Shown here: positions 14,523-22,094 of the stretch, in pieces
Layout of the letters: each line of letters begins with the position of its first letter
Numbering within the stretch: the stretch's first letter is position 1
Assembly: GCF_000008665.1 (NCBI RefSeq)
Contig: NC_000917.1
Span: 1,410,001-1,442,000 of the forward strand
Length of the DNA: 32,000 nucleotides
Source of the DNA: Archaeoglobus fulgidus DSM 4304
Lineage (GTDB): Archaea; Halobacteriota; Archaeoglobi; Archaeoglobales; Archaeoglobaceae
Reading direction: 5' to 3'
Made by a program: the position numbers and the translations under genes
The notes under the pieces: generated by a model
What the model was told of the DNA's origin: nothing
What the model saw: only the letters and a program-made list of their open reading frames with translations
The model's database searches: none

Positions 14523-14848
14523 TTGAATACTACCGAAAGCTGAAGGAGAATGAAAAATTTTTTGATAATGCCCACGAGATAGCGAAGGAAATCAAAGAAA
14601 AAGCTAAACGAATTTTTGATGATTGCGATGTTTTTATAGTTGGTAGTTTTGCAAGAAAAAAGCACACTCTTAGCTCTGACCTTGACATATTGATTGTTTC
14701 ATCAAAAGTCCCGGAAAAAATCAATTTTGCAGAATACTGCAGCATCGTCAGGTCTCTGACGGAAGATAGCAGAATAAACATTCACCTAATCAACAGGGAG
14801 AAATTTGGGGAGATGAGAAAGTATTATGAACCGATGATTGAGATTTAG
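14519..14848 (+). CDS. minimal nucleotidyltransferase (MNT) antitoxin-type protein
   Basis: 109 aa. G-S-x(n)-D-x-D motif in VFIVGSFARKKHTLSSDLDILIV. Confidence 0.8.
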   Translation: MIEYYRKLKENEKFFDNAHEIAKEIKEKAKRIFDDCDVFIVGSFARKKHTLSSDLDILIVSSKVPEKINFAEYCSIVRSLTEDSRINIHLINREKFGEMRKYYEPMIEI

Positions 14849-15061
14849 CCGGGGTCAAAGTGCCTTAAGGCTTATTTCTCTGCGTTTTACCACCTTTGAA
14901 ATTCTCATTTCGGCTTGTTCTTTCGAATCACTGTCACATGTGACGGTTAGTCGTTTATATCCGCCGAATACTCCCATCCATACCCAACCAGAAACACCCT
15001 GCAGGAATCTCAACATATAAAACAGAAATCCGAATCTTACTAACCTCAAAAATTTAAGTAA

Positions 15062-16375
15062 TCAAAGCTGCAGAGCCTTCAAAAGCTCCTGCAGGTTGTT
15101 CTCCTCCGCATACTTTCTCAGGTCTGTGTAGCCCTGCATTGCCGCATCTATCGCCTGCCTGAATGCTCTCGCTCCAGCAGCAGGGCCATCGGGATGTGCA
15201 TGAATCCCTCCTCCTGCTGCAACAACGAAGTCCTTACCGAGCGTGTTAACCAGCTTTGGAACCATAATCGGTGCTATTCCGCCTGATGGCATGGGGAAGC
15301 AGGGCTTTATGTGGTAGAAGGGATATCTGTGCTGTTTTGCTACCTCAATGTACTTCTCCTCCATCATCGGAGCCTTTCCGTAAGGGGCGGGATAAACGAC
15401 AATATCTGCCCCAGCCAGCCTCGGAAGCTTTCCGAGTATAAGCGTGCTCCTCACTCCTGAAATCGGAGAGACGTAGTAGGCTCCGGCAACATCCATATGG
15501 GCCATAATGGGCACCTTTATGCTCTCATCCTCGGCCAAGGCTCTCAGCACCGGAAAGCCGGTGGCGAGGTAGTTGACCAGCAGACAGTTGGCGCCAAGCT
15601 CAATCGCCCTCTCCGCATTCTCCAGCACCTCAGGCAGGTCAGCGGTAACATTCACAGCGTAAAGCGTCTTCTCCCCCTTCTCCTCGTCGGCCCTGTCTAT
15701 GGCCTCCATGAATTTCGGCACTCTCTCTTCTATTCTGTTGAACTCTGGATTTGCAAGAAGCTCATCGTCCTTGATGATGTCCACACCTCCCCTCGCCACC
15801 TCGTAGGCGAGCTTTGCTCCCAAATCTGGCGGGGAGTAAACGTCGGGCTTTATCATGTTGTTTAGCAGCGGGCGATCTTTAACTCCAAGCACATCCCTGA
15901 CACCTTCAATTCCGAACTTTGGCCCCTTGAAGCCCTTTACGAACTCCTTCGGGAACCTCAGGTCGAGCAGCTTAAGCTTTGGAGCCATTGAAATGTTCCC
16001 CACAACGGTGGAAAACAGCATTGAGAGCTTGCTCCCTATGTTCCTCCACGGAAAGGCTATCTGCACGATGAAATTCCTCCAGTCCACCTCCTGAGGAACC
16101 ATAATCTCGTAGTCTGGAATTTCGTAAACGCCAACAACCTTTGCGACGTGCTTCCTCCTTACTTCAGGCGTCTCTCCCGGCACTGGAAGCCAAGTCCCCG
16201 TGCTCTGCTCCAAGGCGAGAACTTGAGTGATTTCGAAGGGATTCATCCCCTTCGGGAAGGACATGTAGTAGGTGCCGATGATGTACTCCTCTGGGTCGAT
16301 GCCCTCAGGCAGTGCTTCCGGATTTGCCTCAGGATACTCAAACTTCTGAAATCTCAGTCTCACGCCGAGCTGCAT
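15062..16375 (-). CDS. rbcL: RuBisCO large-subunit family protein, most likely a RuBisCO-like protein (form IV RLP) rather than a carboxylase
   Basis: 437 aa. Conserved GGVDIIKDDE, SGGI and GGGIHAHP motifs. However, KPDVY replaces the KPKLG motif (Lys177 equivalent lost) and IMAHMDVAG replaces the H-R-A-M-H segment (Arg295 equivalent lost). Confidence 0.85.
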   Translation of the reverse strand: MQLGVRLRFQKFEYPEANPEALPEGIDPEEYIIGTYYMSFPKGMNPFEITQVLALEQSTGTWLPVPGETPEVRRKHVAKVVGVYEIPDYEIMVPQEVDWRNFIVQIAFPWRNIGSKLSMLFSTVVGNISMAPKLKLLDLRFPKEFVKGFKGPKFGIEGVRDVLGVKDRPLLNNMIKPDVYSPPDLGAKLAYEVARGGVDIIKDDELLANPEFNRIEERVPKFMEAIDRADEEKGEKTLYAVNVTADLPEVLENAERAIELGANCLLVNYLATGFPVLRALAEDESIKVPIMAHMDVAGAYYVSPISGVRSTLILGKLPRLAGADIVVYPAPYGKAPMMEEKYIEVAKQHRYPFYHIKPCFPMPSGGIAPIMVPKLVNTLGKDFVVAAGGGIHAHPDGPAAGARAFRQAIDAAMQGYTDLRKYAEENNLQELLKALQL

Positions 16376-16379
16376 CCCA

Positions 16380-17606
16380 TCACCCCAGCTGCGGGAAGAC
16401 TTCCCTGAAGTCTATCTCTCTCCTCCCGCCATCATCCTCAACCTCGACTATTAGCGGAATTCTCTCCACACCCATAGCCTGCAGAATCTTTTGGGCAAGC
16501 TGCAGAGCATCAATGGGGTCTATGCAGGCTTCAGGCGGCATCACTCCCACACCATCAACCTTCCCCATTCCCATCAGCATGGCCCCTATTGCTGCTGGTA
16601 TTCCTGTACCCTCTCCCATCCCCATTCCTCTTGAGGCGAGAGAGAAGTAGTATCTCTTCGTCTCTCCACCCTTCTTTCCTTTAACGGCAACTGTAACGCA
16701 GCCCATAGGCTCCGTAATTCCAGCTTTTTTCAGCAGCTCCCCCCTCTTGAAAAGAATGAACGCTACTGCAAACTCCAGCGGATCAACTATCTGCTCCCCA
16801 ACCTTAATTGGTGGTGAGGAGGTCATGCTGATTCTCACGAGAGTTTTTATGAGTTCTGCATACTCCGGAGGCAAAACGAGGCCGAGGTTCGTCACCCTCC
16901 TTACACCATTAATGTACTTCGGCAGGGTTATGGTTTCCGGATGAGGGTAGGCGTAGACCCAGTATTTCCCGATTAGTGGGAACTCGAACTCCTCCTCAAG
17001 CGCTTTTCCACTTTCCTCAAAGAGCTTTACAGTTTTAAACTCTCCATCGAGGAAAACGGGAATCTCCATCTCCATCGAGTGGATGCGGTGCTTCACCACC
17101 GCTGCCCCCTCCGTAGCCTCTCCGCCGTGGGCGTGGTAGATGTCTATCGCCTCAGTCTCGTCGAAGAGGTGGAGGGCGGCATACTTTGCCAGCAGGTTTG
17201 CAAGACCGGGAGAGCTACCCATTCCGATAACCGCCTTTATTCCAGCCTTCCTCGCCTCCTCATCCATCTTCAGCTGCTCCACCGTAGCATCATAGTCATC
17301 ACAGATATCTACGTAGTTAACACCCGCTTTTATCGCTGCTTTCAGAATTTTAGGGCCGTACTCGTAGAAGGGCCCCACGCAGTTAAGCACGACATCGAAG
17401 TCCTTAATCAACGCTGAGACCCCATCAACATTCCCCGCATCGCACGTCATGGCCTTACTCTCATCGAGCTGGCAGAGGTTTGCCGCTTTTAAAGCATTCT
17501 CCTTGCTCAAGTCTGCAAGATAAAGCTCGGAGAAAATCCCCGACCTGCTCAATATCATCGCTGCGGTTGTGCCAACTGTCCCGCAGCCAAGAACGATGCA
17601 CTTCAT
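16380..17606 (-). CDS. saccharopine dehydrogenase-like NAD(P)-dependent oxidoreductase
   Basis: 408 aa. N-terminal Rossmann motif MKCIVLGCGTVGTTAAMIL. Length and layout are typical of the Sacchrp_dh family. Stop lies 4 nt before the RLP start. Confidence 0.7.
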   Translation of the reverse strand: MKCIVLGCGTVGTTAAMILSRSGIFSELYLADLSKENALKAANLCQLDESKAMTCDAGNVDGVSALIKDFDVVLNCVGPFYEYGPKILKAAIKAGVNYVDICDDYDATVEQLKMDEEARKAGIKAVIGMGSSPGLANLLAKYAALHLFDETEAIDIYHAHGGEATEGAAVVKHRIHSMEMEIPVFLDGEFKTVKLFEESGKALEEEFEFPLIGKYWVYAYPHPETITLPKYINGVRRVTNLGLVLPPEYAELIKTLVRISMTSSPPIKVGEQIVDPLEFAVAFILFKRGELLKKAGITEPMGCVTVAVKGKKGGETKRYYFSLASRGMGMGEGTGIPAAIGAMLMGMGKVDGVGVMPPEACIDPIDALQLAQKILQAMGVERIPLIVEVEDDGGRREIDFREVFPQLG

Positions 17607-17626
17607 AAATTTGGGGTTGTGTCAGC

Positions 17627-17636
17627 AAATATAAAG
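17627..17636 (-). promoter_or_regulatory. TATA-like box (CTTTATATTT on the minus strand) ~21-30 nt upstream of ATG 17606; suggests a leaderless or short-leader transcript for the dehydrogenase-RLP pair
   Basis: Seen in the 51-nt gap between the radical SAM stop and the dehydrogenase start. Spacing fits archaeal TATA-to-start distances. Confidence 0.35.
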
Positions 17637-17657
17637 ATTTTGATTTAATGTTATAAA

Positions 17658-18425
17658 CTATCTGAAGGCTGGTTGTGCTTCCACACCCTTCGCCCTGCAA
17701 GCCTCCTCTACATCCCGAAGAACCTTCTTCCAGTCTGTTTTTCTCGCCCTATCCGCAATCTCCCCGACAACTCCTCCCTTCATAAAACCCTTAACCCTGA
17801 ACCTGTCGTAGTAAAGCCTGCTGCCAGTTGCCGCCGCAACCTCCACAACCTCCTTTAAATCGCCACTTTCGGGAATTATAGGCCCCAGGAAAATCCAGGT
17901 TTTTATTCCCTCCTCACTCAGCCTTTCTATGGCCTTAACTCTCCTCAAGGGAGACGGGGCGTGAGGCTCGATGATTTTCACGAGGCTGCTGTCCAGAGTT
18001 GTGATCGTAAAGCCCACATCCACCTTCGAAACGTTCTGCAGAAACAAATCCAAATCTCTCAGCACGAGGTCGCTCTTGGTCTGAATTCCAACTCTGAAAT
18101 CGTTTTCAATCAGAATTTCGAGAATTCTCCTCGTCAATCCTTCCCTCCTCTCCAGAGGCTGGTAGGCGTCCGTTAATGTGCTTAAAACCACCCTTCCGTT
18201 TACCCTTCTTCTCAACTCTCTACCAAGAACCTCAGGAAGGTTTTCCTTGATGACGACTATTTCGCCCCATCTCTTTCCTATATCCTTCTGGCAGTAAAGG
18301 CGGGCGTAGCAGTATATGCAGCCGTGAGCGCATCCCACGTAGGGATTGATGGTGAAATCCACCCCAGGAAGGTTGCTCCTGCTCAGAGCGGCTTTAACTC
18401 TCTTCCTTATCACATGAACTCCCAT
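17658..18425 (-). CDS. radical SAM protein, COG1533 / SplB-like
   Basis: 255 aa. YVGCAHGCIYCYA motif. Its start overlaps the NreA-like gene's end by 16 nt. Confidence 0.8.
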   Translation of the reverse strand: MGVHVIRKRVKAALSRSNLPGVDFTINPYVGCAHGCIYCYARLYCQKDIGKRWGEIVVIKENLPEVLGRELRRRVNGRVVLSTLTDAYQPLERREGLTRRILEILIENDFRVGIQTKSDLVLRDLDLFLQNVSKVDVGFTITTLDSSLVKIIEPHAPSPLRRVKAIERLSEEGIKTWIFLGPIIPESGDLKEVVEVAAATGSRLYYDRFRVKGFMKGGVVGEIADRARKTDWKKVLRDVEEACRAKGVEAQPAFR

Positions 18426-19585
18426 AGCGTCCTCTGCCTCCCCCTCTTGACCAGAGTTGACTTCTCAATCCATCTCCCCACGTCGAGATTCGAGTGCTTG
18501 TCAACGAACCTCAACGCATCTTCGAGAGTGTCAAACTCGCAGTATTTCCCTGCGTACATTTTCCGCAGCATCTCTCTCACGAACCACACTCCTATCGGAA
18601 CATTGAAGCCCGGATATATCTCTCTCCAAACTATAGCCGTTGCCTGCCTTCTTATTCGCCTGAGATACTCCGCTGTTGCCAGCCTTGAGGAGTAGTAGCA
18701 TCCACCAAGCCTTGCGTAGGTCGTTCTTCCGAAGAACCCCTCTGAGTCGGTCAGAACTCCAACCTTGCGAGTCCTGTTCCATGTTGTATCGGGATACCAA
18801 GCCTCCCCCCACTCGTAGCTCCACGGAGAGGGGCAGAGGATGGCAACAAACAGATTTTTACTCTCCTTAAGCACGAAAACCCTGTATCTGTCTATGGTTT
18901 CATACTGCTTGATTTCTTCTATAATTTGCTTTGAGAGAGTATCGTCAACAGCCGTAATCGCCCATCTCGTCGGAACGAGCTTCCTTTTAACTCCCAGAGT
19001 TCCGGCAGAAAGCAGCTTCTGAATGTGCGAAACTGCCACGCCCCGCTCGTATAGATAGCTCATCGCCTCAACCGCTCTCAAATCGGTGTCGTAGTAAACC
19101 TTCTCTACAGCCTTTGGCGGGCGGGGAGCGGAGTGAATTATAACCTCCTTTGCTGGGGCTGAGGCGCCGAAAGGTGGAAGGACGTCATCGAAAAATGCCC
19201 TTACGGAAGGGGGCTTTGCAAAGCTCACTTCGACGTCAATGGGTTTATCGTAGAGGCTCATCTCCTGTACCACTTCAACCTCTTTGCTTCTCCTCACATC
19301 CGCCCTGAACTGCCCGAGAATCATCGAATACCGGAACTCAAGCACTCTTTCAACCGGCACTTCCCGCCACATCTCAGGAGTGTCATAGATTTTGGTGTCA
19401 CCGGTAAATGGAGGAACTGCGGGGCAAATTCTCACCTTTGGATAGCCATACCTCCCAACAAACACAGACGGAGGAGACGAGCCGAGAATATCCCTTTCTA
19501 CGCTCACCTGCGGTCTGAGTGAGGGCATCAATGGACATACCTTTCGGGAGCAAAGCATCCTGCCTCTGCACTCTATGCAGTCCAC
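18410..19585 (-). CDS. nreA: archaeal Nre-family protein (NreA-like DNA repair factor) with a C-terminal PCNA-interacting PIP box
   Basis: 391 aa. N-terminal Cys cluster MDCIECRGRMLCSRKVCP. The extreme C-terminus QRTLWEFM matches Q-x-x-L-x-x-F-[FYWM]. The family call is from recollection of Nre_N/Nre_C architecture. Confidence 0.65.
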   Translation of the reverse strand: MDCIECRGRMLCSRKVCPLMPSLRPQVSVERDILGSSPPSVFVGRYGYPKVRICPAVPPFTGDTKIYDTPEMWREVPVERVLEFRYSMILGQFRADVRRSKEVEVVQEMSLYDKPIDVEVSFAKPPSVRAFFDDVLPPFGASAPAKEVIIHSAPRPPKAVEKVYYDTDLRAVEAMSYLYERGVAVSHIQKLLSAGTLGVKRKLVPTRWAITAVDDTLSKQIIEEIKQYETIDRYRVFVLKESKNLFVAILCPSPWSYEWGEAWYPDTTWNRTRKVGVLTDSEGFFGRTTYARLGGCYYSSRLATAEYLRRIRRQATAIVWREIYPGFNVPIGVWFVREMLRKMYAGKYCEFDTLEDALRFVDKHSNLDVGRWIEKSTLVKRGRQRTLWEFM

Positions 19586-20021
19586 AGTTAATCTTGACTC
19601 TCAATAGTAGAAAAGAGTGATGGTCCCTCTACCCTAGTTTTGGGGGGAAGCGAGCGGGAAAACTTAGGGAGGATAAAATTAAAGAAACTCTTTGTAAGCC
19701 AGATGTAAATTCAATAGCGCATCAATAAAGGTCTCACCAAATTCCGCAATAATGCTGAAGGGAAGCAGCTGAACCCATGCGATTTTAGGGAGATTTTTAC
19801 TCGAAACCGTCTTTTTTGTGAGTTCTCGGGAGCAAAGAAGTGGTTGCTTGAAGCCTCTACAAATTGATTGGCTTTATTTCTCGCCAATTGAGTGGAGAGT
19901 GAAATCAAATCGTGAAACTTGCAGATTAAATCAAAAAAACATATCTCCAACCCATTTCCAAAATAAACTTTTTTGCGCAAATTTTTATTTCTGAAATCCT
20001 CCCTAACCTATTTTTCCAAAC

Positions 20022-20041
20022 TTCCACAGGAAACAAAGGGG
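20022..20041. repeat. Copy 1 of a 20-nt perfect direct repeat, TTCCACAGGAAACAAAGGGG
   Basis: Identical 20-mer at 20247..20266. Both copies are preceded by TTTTCCA(A/C)A-type half repeats. Located in the 715-nt divergent intergenic region 19586..20300. Confidence 0.7.
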
Positions 20042-20246
20042 TGGTGGCATGCAATTCTGCAGTTTCAAAAATGAATGTTGGTGGCCTGAGTTTGAAGCTT
20101 CCAAAACAATCTCAACGTTCGAAAATCGAAAATTGGTTCTTACAGCTGCAAATTTAACTTTTCCATCTTTCTGCACTCCTCTTCACAAACAATCCATTAT
20201 AAAGCTCCTGTCCCCGAATTTGCCCTTCTGTATCCTTTTCCACATT

Positions 20247-20266
20247 TTCCACAGGAAACAAAGGGG
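20247..20266. repeat. Copy 2 of the 20-nt direct repeat, 35 nt upstream of the RHH-domain gene start
   Basis: TTCCACAGGAAACAAAGGGG, preceded by tandem TTTTCCACA TTTTCCACA. Confidence 0.7.
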
Positions 20267-20300
20267 GTAGGCTTAAGTAATGCATGTGTAATACGAGAGT

Positions 20301-21161
20301 GTGAAGCTAGTCTCTTTAAGGCTTGAGGAGGGATTAATAGAGAAAATCGACGAGGTGGCGAGGAAAACCCTCCAGTCGAGGTCTGAGATTATCAGGAGCT
20401 CCATAGCCCTCTATCTGTCTCTGCTTGAAAACATAGGCTTCTACTTCAAGCCATCTTTGCCTATGAAGAACGTTGACGTTTACGAGGAGAGAAATGCCGT
20501 TAACGTTGACCTTGGCAATTTGACTTCTGTCAGCGTGCTCAGCGTCTCTTACGGCGGTGTGGGGGAGCTTGAACTGGACTTCAGGAAGGATCTGGGATTT
20601 GTGGCTGAGGTTATGGCCAATCAGGTTGCAGTGGAGACCTGCTGCAGGTTCATTACACCCCTTCTGGTGATGCTGACCTCAACCTGCGAATTCCTCTACA
20701 CGCACACCTTCTTCAGGATGTTTTCTGAGGCAATAAGGGAAAGAATGAAGGTTCGCACCATGCTTGCTGGTTACGAGGAGTTTTTTGAGACCAAGCAGAG
20801 CGGTTTTGTCGCTACAGTTGTTGGTCTAAGGGATATGAGCACCCGCAACTCTCCGAGGAGGGGGGACAGGATTTACTTTTTCGGAAACGCTGTCAGCGGA
20901 GCTGAGTTGAGCGAAGAAGAGCTTCTTGATATGGCGGATGTGGAAAGGCTGGTGGGGCTGGTTAAGGAGGGAAAAGCCTCGGCAATTTTTCCAGTTAAGA
21001 GCGGTGGATTGAAGGAGGTGGCGGATTACGCAGCTGCTTTGGCTGGAGGAAAGGCAATGCTGTTTGAAAAAAGGGGAGGCTGCCCCGCAACGGCGATTGT
21101 CTTAACATCCGCAGAAGACCTCAGTGGGTACGGCTGTGAGCTGGTGGGGGAAATACTTTAA
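20301..21161 (+). CDS. ribbon-helix-helix (CopG-like) N-terminal domain fused to a PurM/AIR-synthase-like region; function unknown
   Basis: GTG start. MKLVSLRLEEGLIEKIDEVARKTLQSRSEIIRSSIALYL is a typical RHH. The C-terminal part (...ATVVGLRDMSTRNSPRRGDRIYFFG...AIFPVKSGGLKEVADYAAALAGG...) resembles PurM-superfamily domain junctions at motif level. Confidence 0.6.
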   Translation: MKLVSLRLEEGLIEKIDEVARKTLQSRSEIIRSSIALYLSLLENIGFYFKPSLPMKNVDVYEERNAVNVDLGNLTSVSVLSVSYGGVGELELDFRKDLGFVAEVMANQVAVETCCRFITPLLVMLTSTCEFLYTHTFFRMFSEAIRERMKVRTMLAGYEEFFETKQSGFVATVVGLRDMSTRNSPRRGDRIYFFGNAVSGAELSEEELLDMADVERLVGLVKEGKASAIFPVKSGGLKEVADYAAALAGGKAMLFEKRGGCPATAIVLTSAEDLSGYGCELVGEIL

Positions 21162-21186
21162 ACCACACAACTCTCTTTATAACTCA

Positions 21187-21879
21187 ATGAGGATTCCCCT
21201 TTACATTGAATTTTCAGGGAAAAAGGTTGCTGTAATTGGTGGAGGGGGAGTTGGCACCCTCAGGGCGAAGAAGTTTGTCGAGGTTGGGGCTGACGTGACG
21301 GTTTTCAGCAAGGAGTTTAGCGATGAGCTCAGGATGATGTTTGAGAGAGGAGAGGTTAAGCTGGTTGAGGCTTCAGCAGAAGAGCTTGATTTTGAGAGCA
21401 TAGCCAGAAATTTTGATTTGATTGTTGTGGCCATAGGCAGTAAGGAGTTTAACGATAAAATAATTGAAGTTGCATCAAAATACAGGGCAATGGTCAACCT
21501 TGCCAACGATGCGGTGAAAACGGAGGTAGTTGTGCCCTTCGAGGGCGGGAAGGAGGGGATAAGGTTTGCTGTTACTACAGAGGGTAAGAGCGGGGTTGTG
21601 GCGAGGAAGGTGAGAGACCTCTTTCAGGAGGCCCTTGAGGGGCGGGAGGACCTGATTACCTTTCTGGAGGCAATGGACTACCTGAAAAGCTACATGAAGT
21701 CCAACAACGTTCCCGTGGAGCTGAGAATGAGGCTGTATCCAATTGTCAGCAAAGACGAGACGTTTCTGGAGCTTGTAAATGCGGGAAGGGTTGAGGAGGC
21801 GAAGAAGCTGGTTGAGAGGATAGTTCAGGATTACGTTTCAGGCAGAAGAAAAGCTGAGGAGGAGGGGATTCAGTTTTGA
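21187..21879 (+). CDS. sirC: precorrin-2 dehydrogenase / sirohydrochlorin ferrochelatase (siroheme synthase N-terminal-domain type, SirC/Met8-like)
   Basis: The track ORF starts at 21124. ATG 21187 gives MRIPLYIEFSGKKVAVIGGGGVGTLRAKKFVEVGADVTVFS, the characteristic Rossmann motif of CysG-N/SirC. Confidence 0.7.
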   Translation: MRIPLYIEFSGKKVAVIGGGGVGTLRAKKFVEVGADVTVFSKEFSDELRMMFERGEVKLVEASAEELDFESIARNFDLIVVAIGSKEFNDKIIEVASKYRAMVNLANDAVKTEVVVPFEGGKEGIRFAVTTEGKSGVVARKVRDLFQEALEGREDLITFLEAMDYLKSYMKSNNVPVELRMRLYPIVSKDETFLELVNAGRVEEAKKLVERIVQDYVSGRRKAEEEGIQF

Positions 21880-22094
21880 AGCTTGACGTTGAGCTTCTGA
21901 TGGCCCTGCAGTATGAACTCCCTCTCTCCACAACACCACTGGTAGATTTGGCGGAGAAGCTGGGCAGGAAGCCTGAAGATGTGATGAGAGCGGTGAGGGA
22001 GTACATTGAGCAGGGAGTGGTCAAGAGGTACGGGCTGAATCTGAACTACAGGGCCTTTTCAAATTACAAGCCGAGCTGCGCTGGTGGGTTTTAA
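21876..22094 (+). CDS. N-terminal HTH fragment of an AhbA/AhbB (NirD/L-type) siroheme decarboxylase, separated from the rest by a frameshift
   Basis: TTG start overlapping the previous stop. LPLSTTPLVDLAEKLGRKPEDVMRAVREYIEQGVVKRYGLNLNYRAF is an AsnC/Lrp-type HTH. The expected continuation AALVGFKAVN... lies in the frame of the next ORF. Confidence 0.6.
   Translation: MKLDVELLMALQYELPLSTTPLVDLAEKLGRKPEDVMRAVREYIEQGVVKRYGLNLNYRAFSNYKPSCAGGF

Noticed and set aside
14933-14944. Perfect 12-nt palindrome GTCACATGTGAC between the convergent MNT and RLP genes
   Set aside because: It is a single occurrence in a 3'-3' intergenic region. It has no loop for a hairpin terminator and no adjacent T-tract or gene start. 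Context is insufficient to call a function.
15062-16375. Annotating the RuBisCO homologue as a bona fide carboxylase (form III)
   Set aside because: The KPKLG and H-R active-site motifs are not conserved (KPDVY and AHMD instead), which argues for an RLP. The call is kept as a family-level call only.
15497-16650. Plus-strand ORFs 15497..15865, 15855..16094, 16148..16408 and 16312..16650
   Set aside because: All are antisense to the RLP and dehydrogenase genes, whose family motifs are clear on the minus strand.
20040-20052. GGTGGTGGCATGC, resembling the GGTGGTAGCATGC junction of the duplicated leader module
   Set aside because: There is no flanking similarity to the 70-nt module. The ORF it would start (20049..20270) has implausible composition. 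It is probably a chance SD-like match.
20022-20266. CRISPR array
   Set aside because: There are only two copies of a 20-nt repeat, separated by 205 nt of spacer (225 nt start to start). There is no regular repeat-spacer periodicity and no cas genes in the window.
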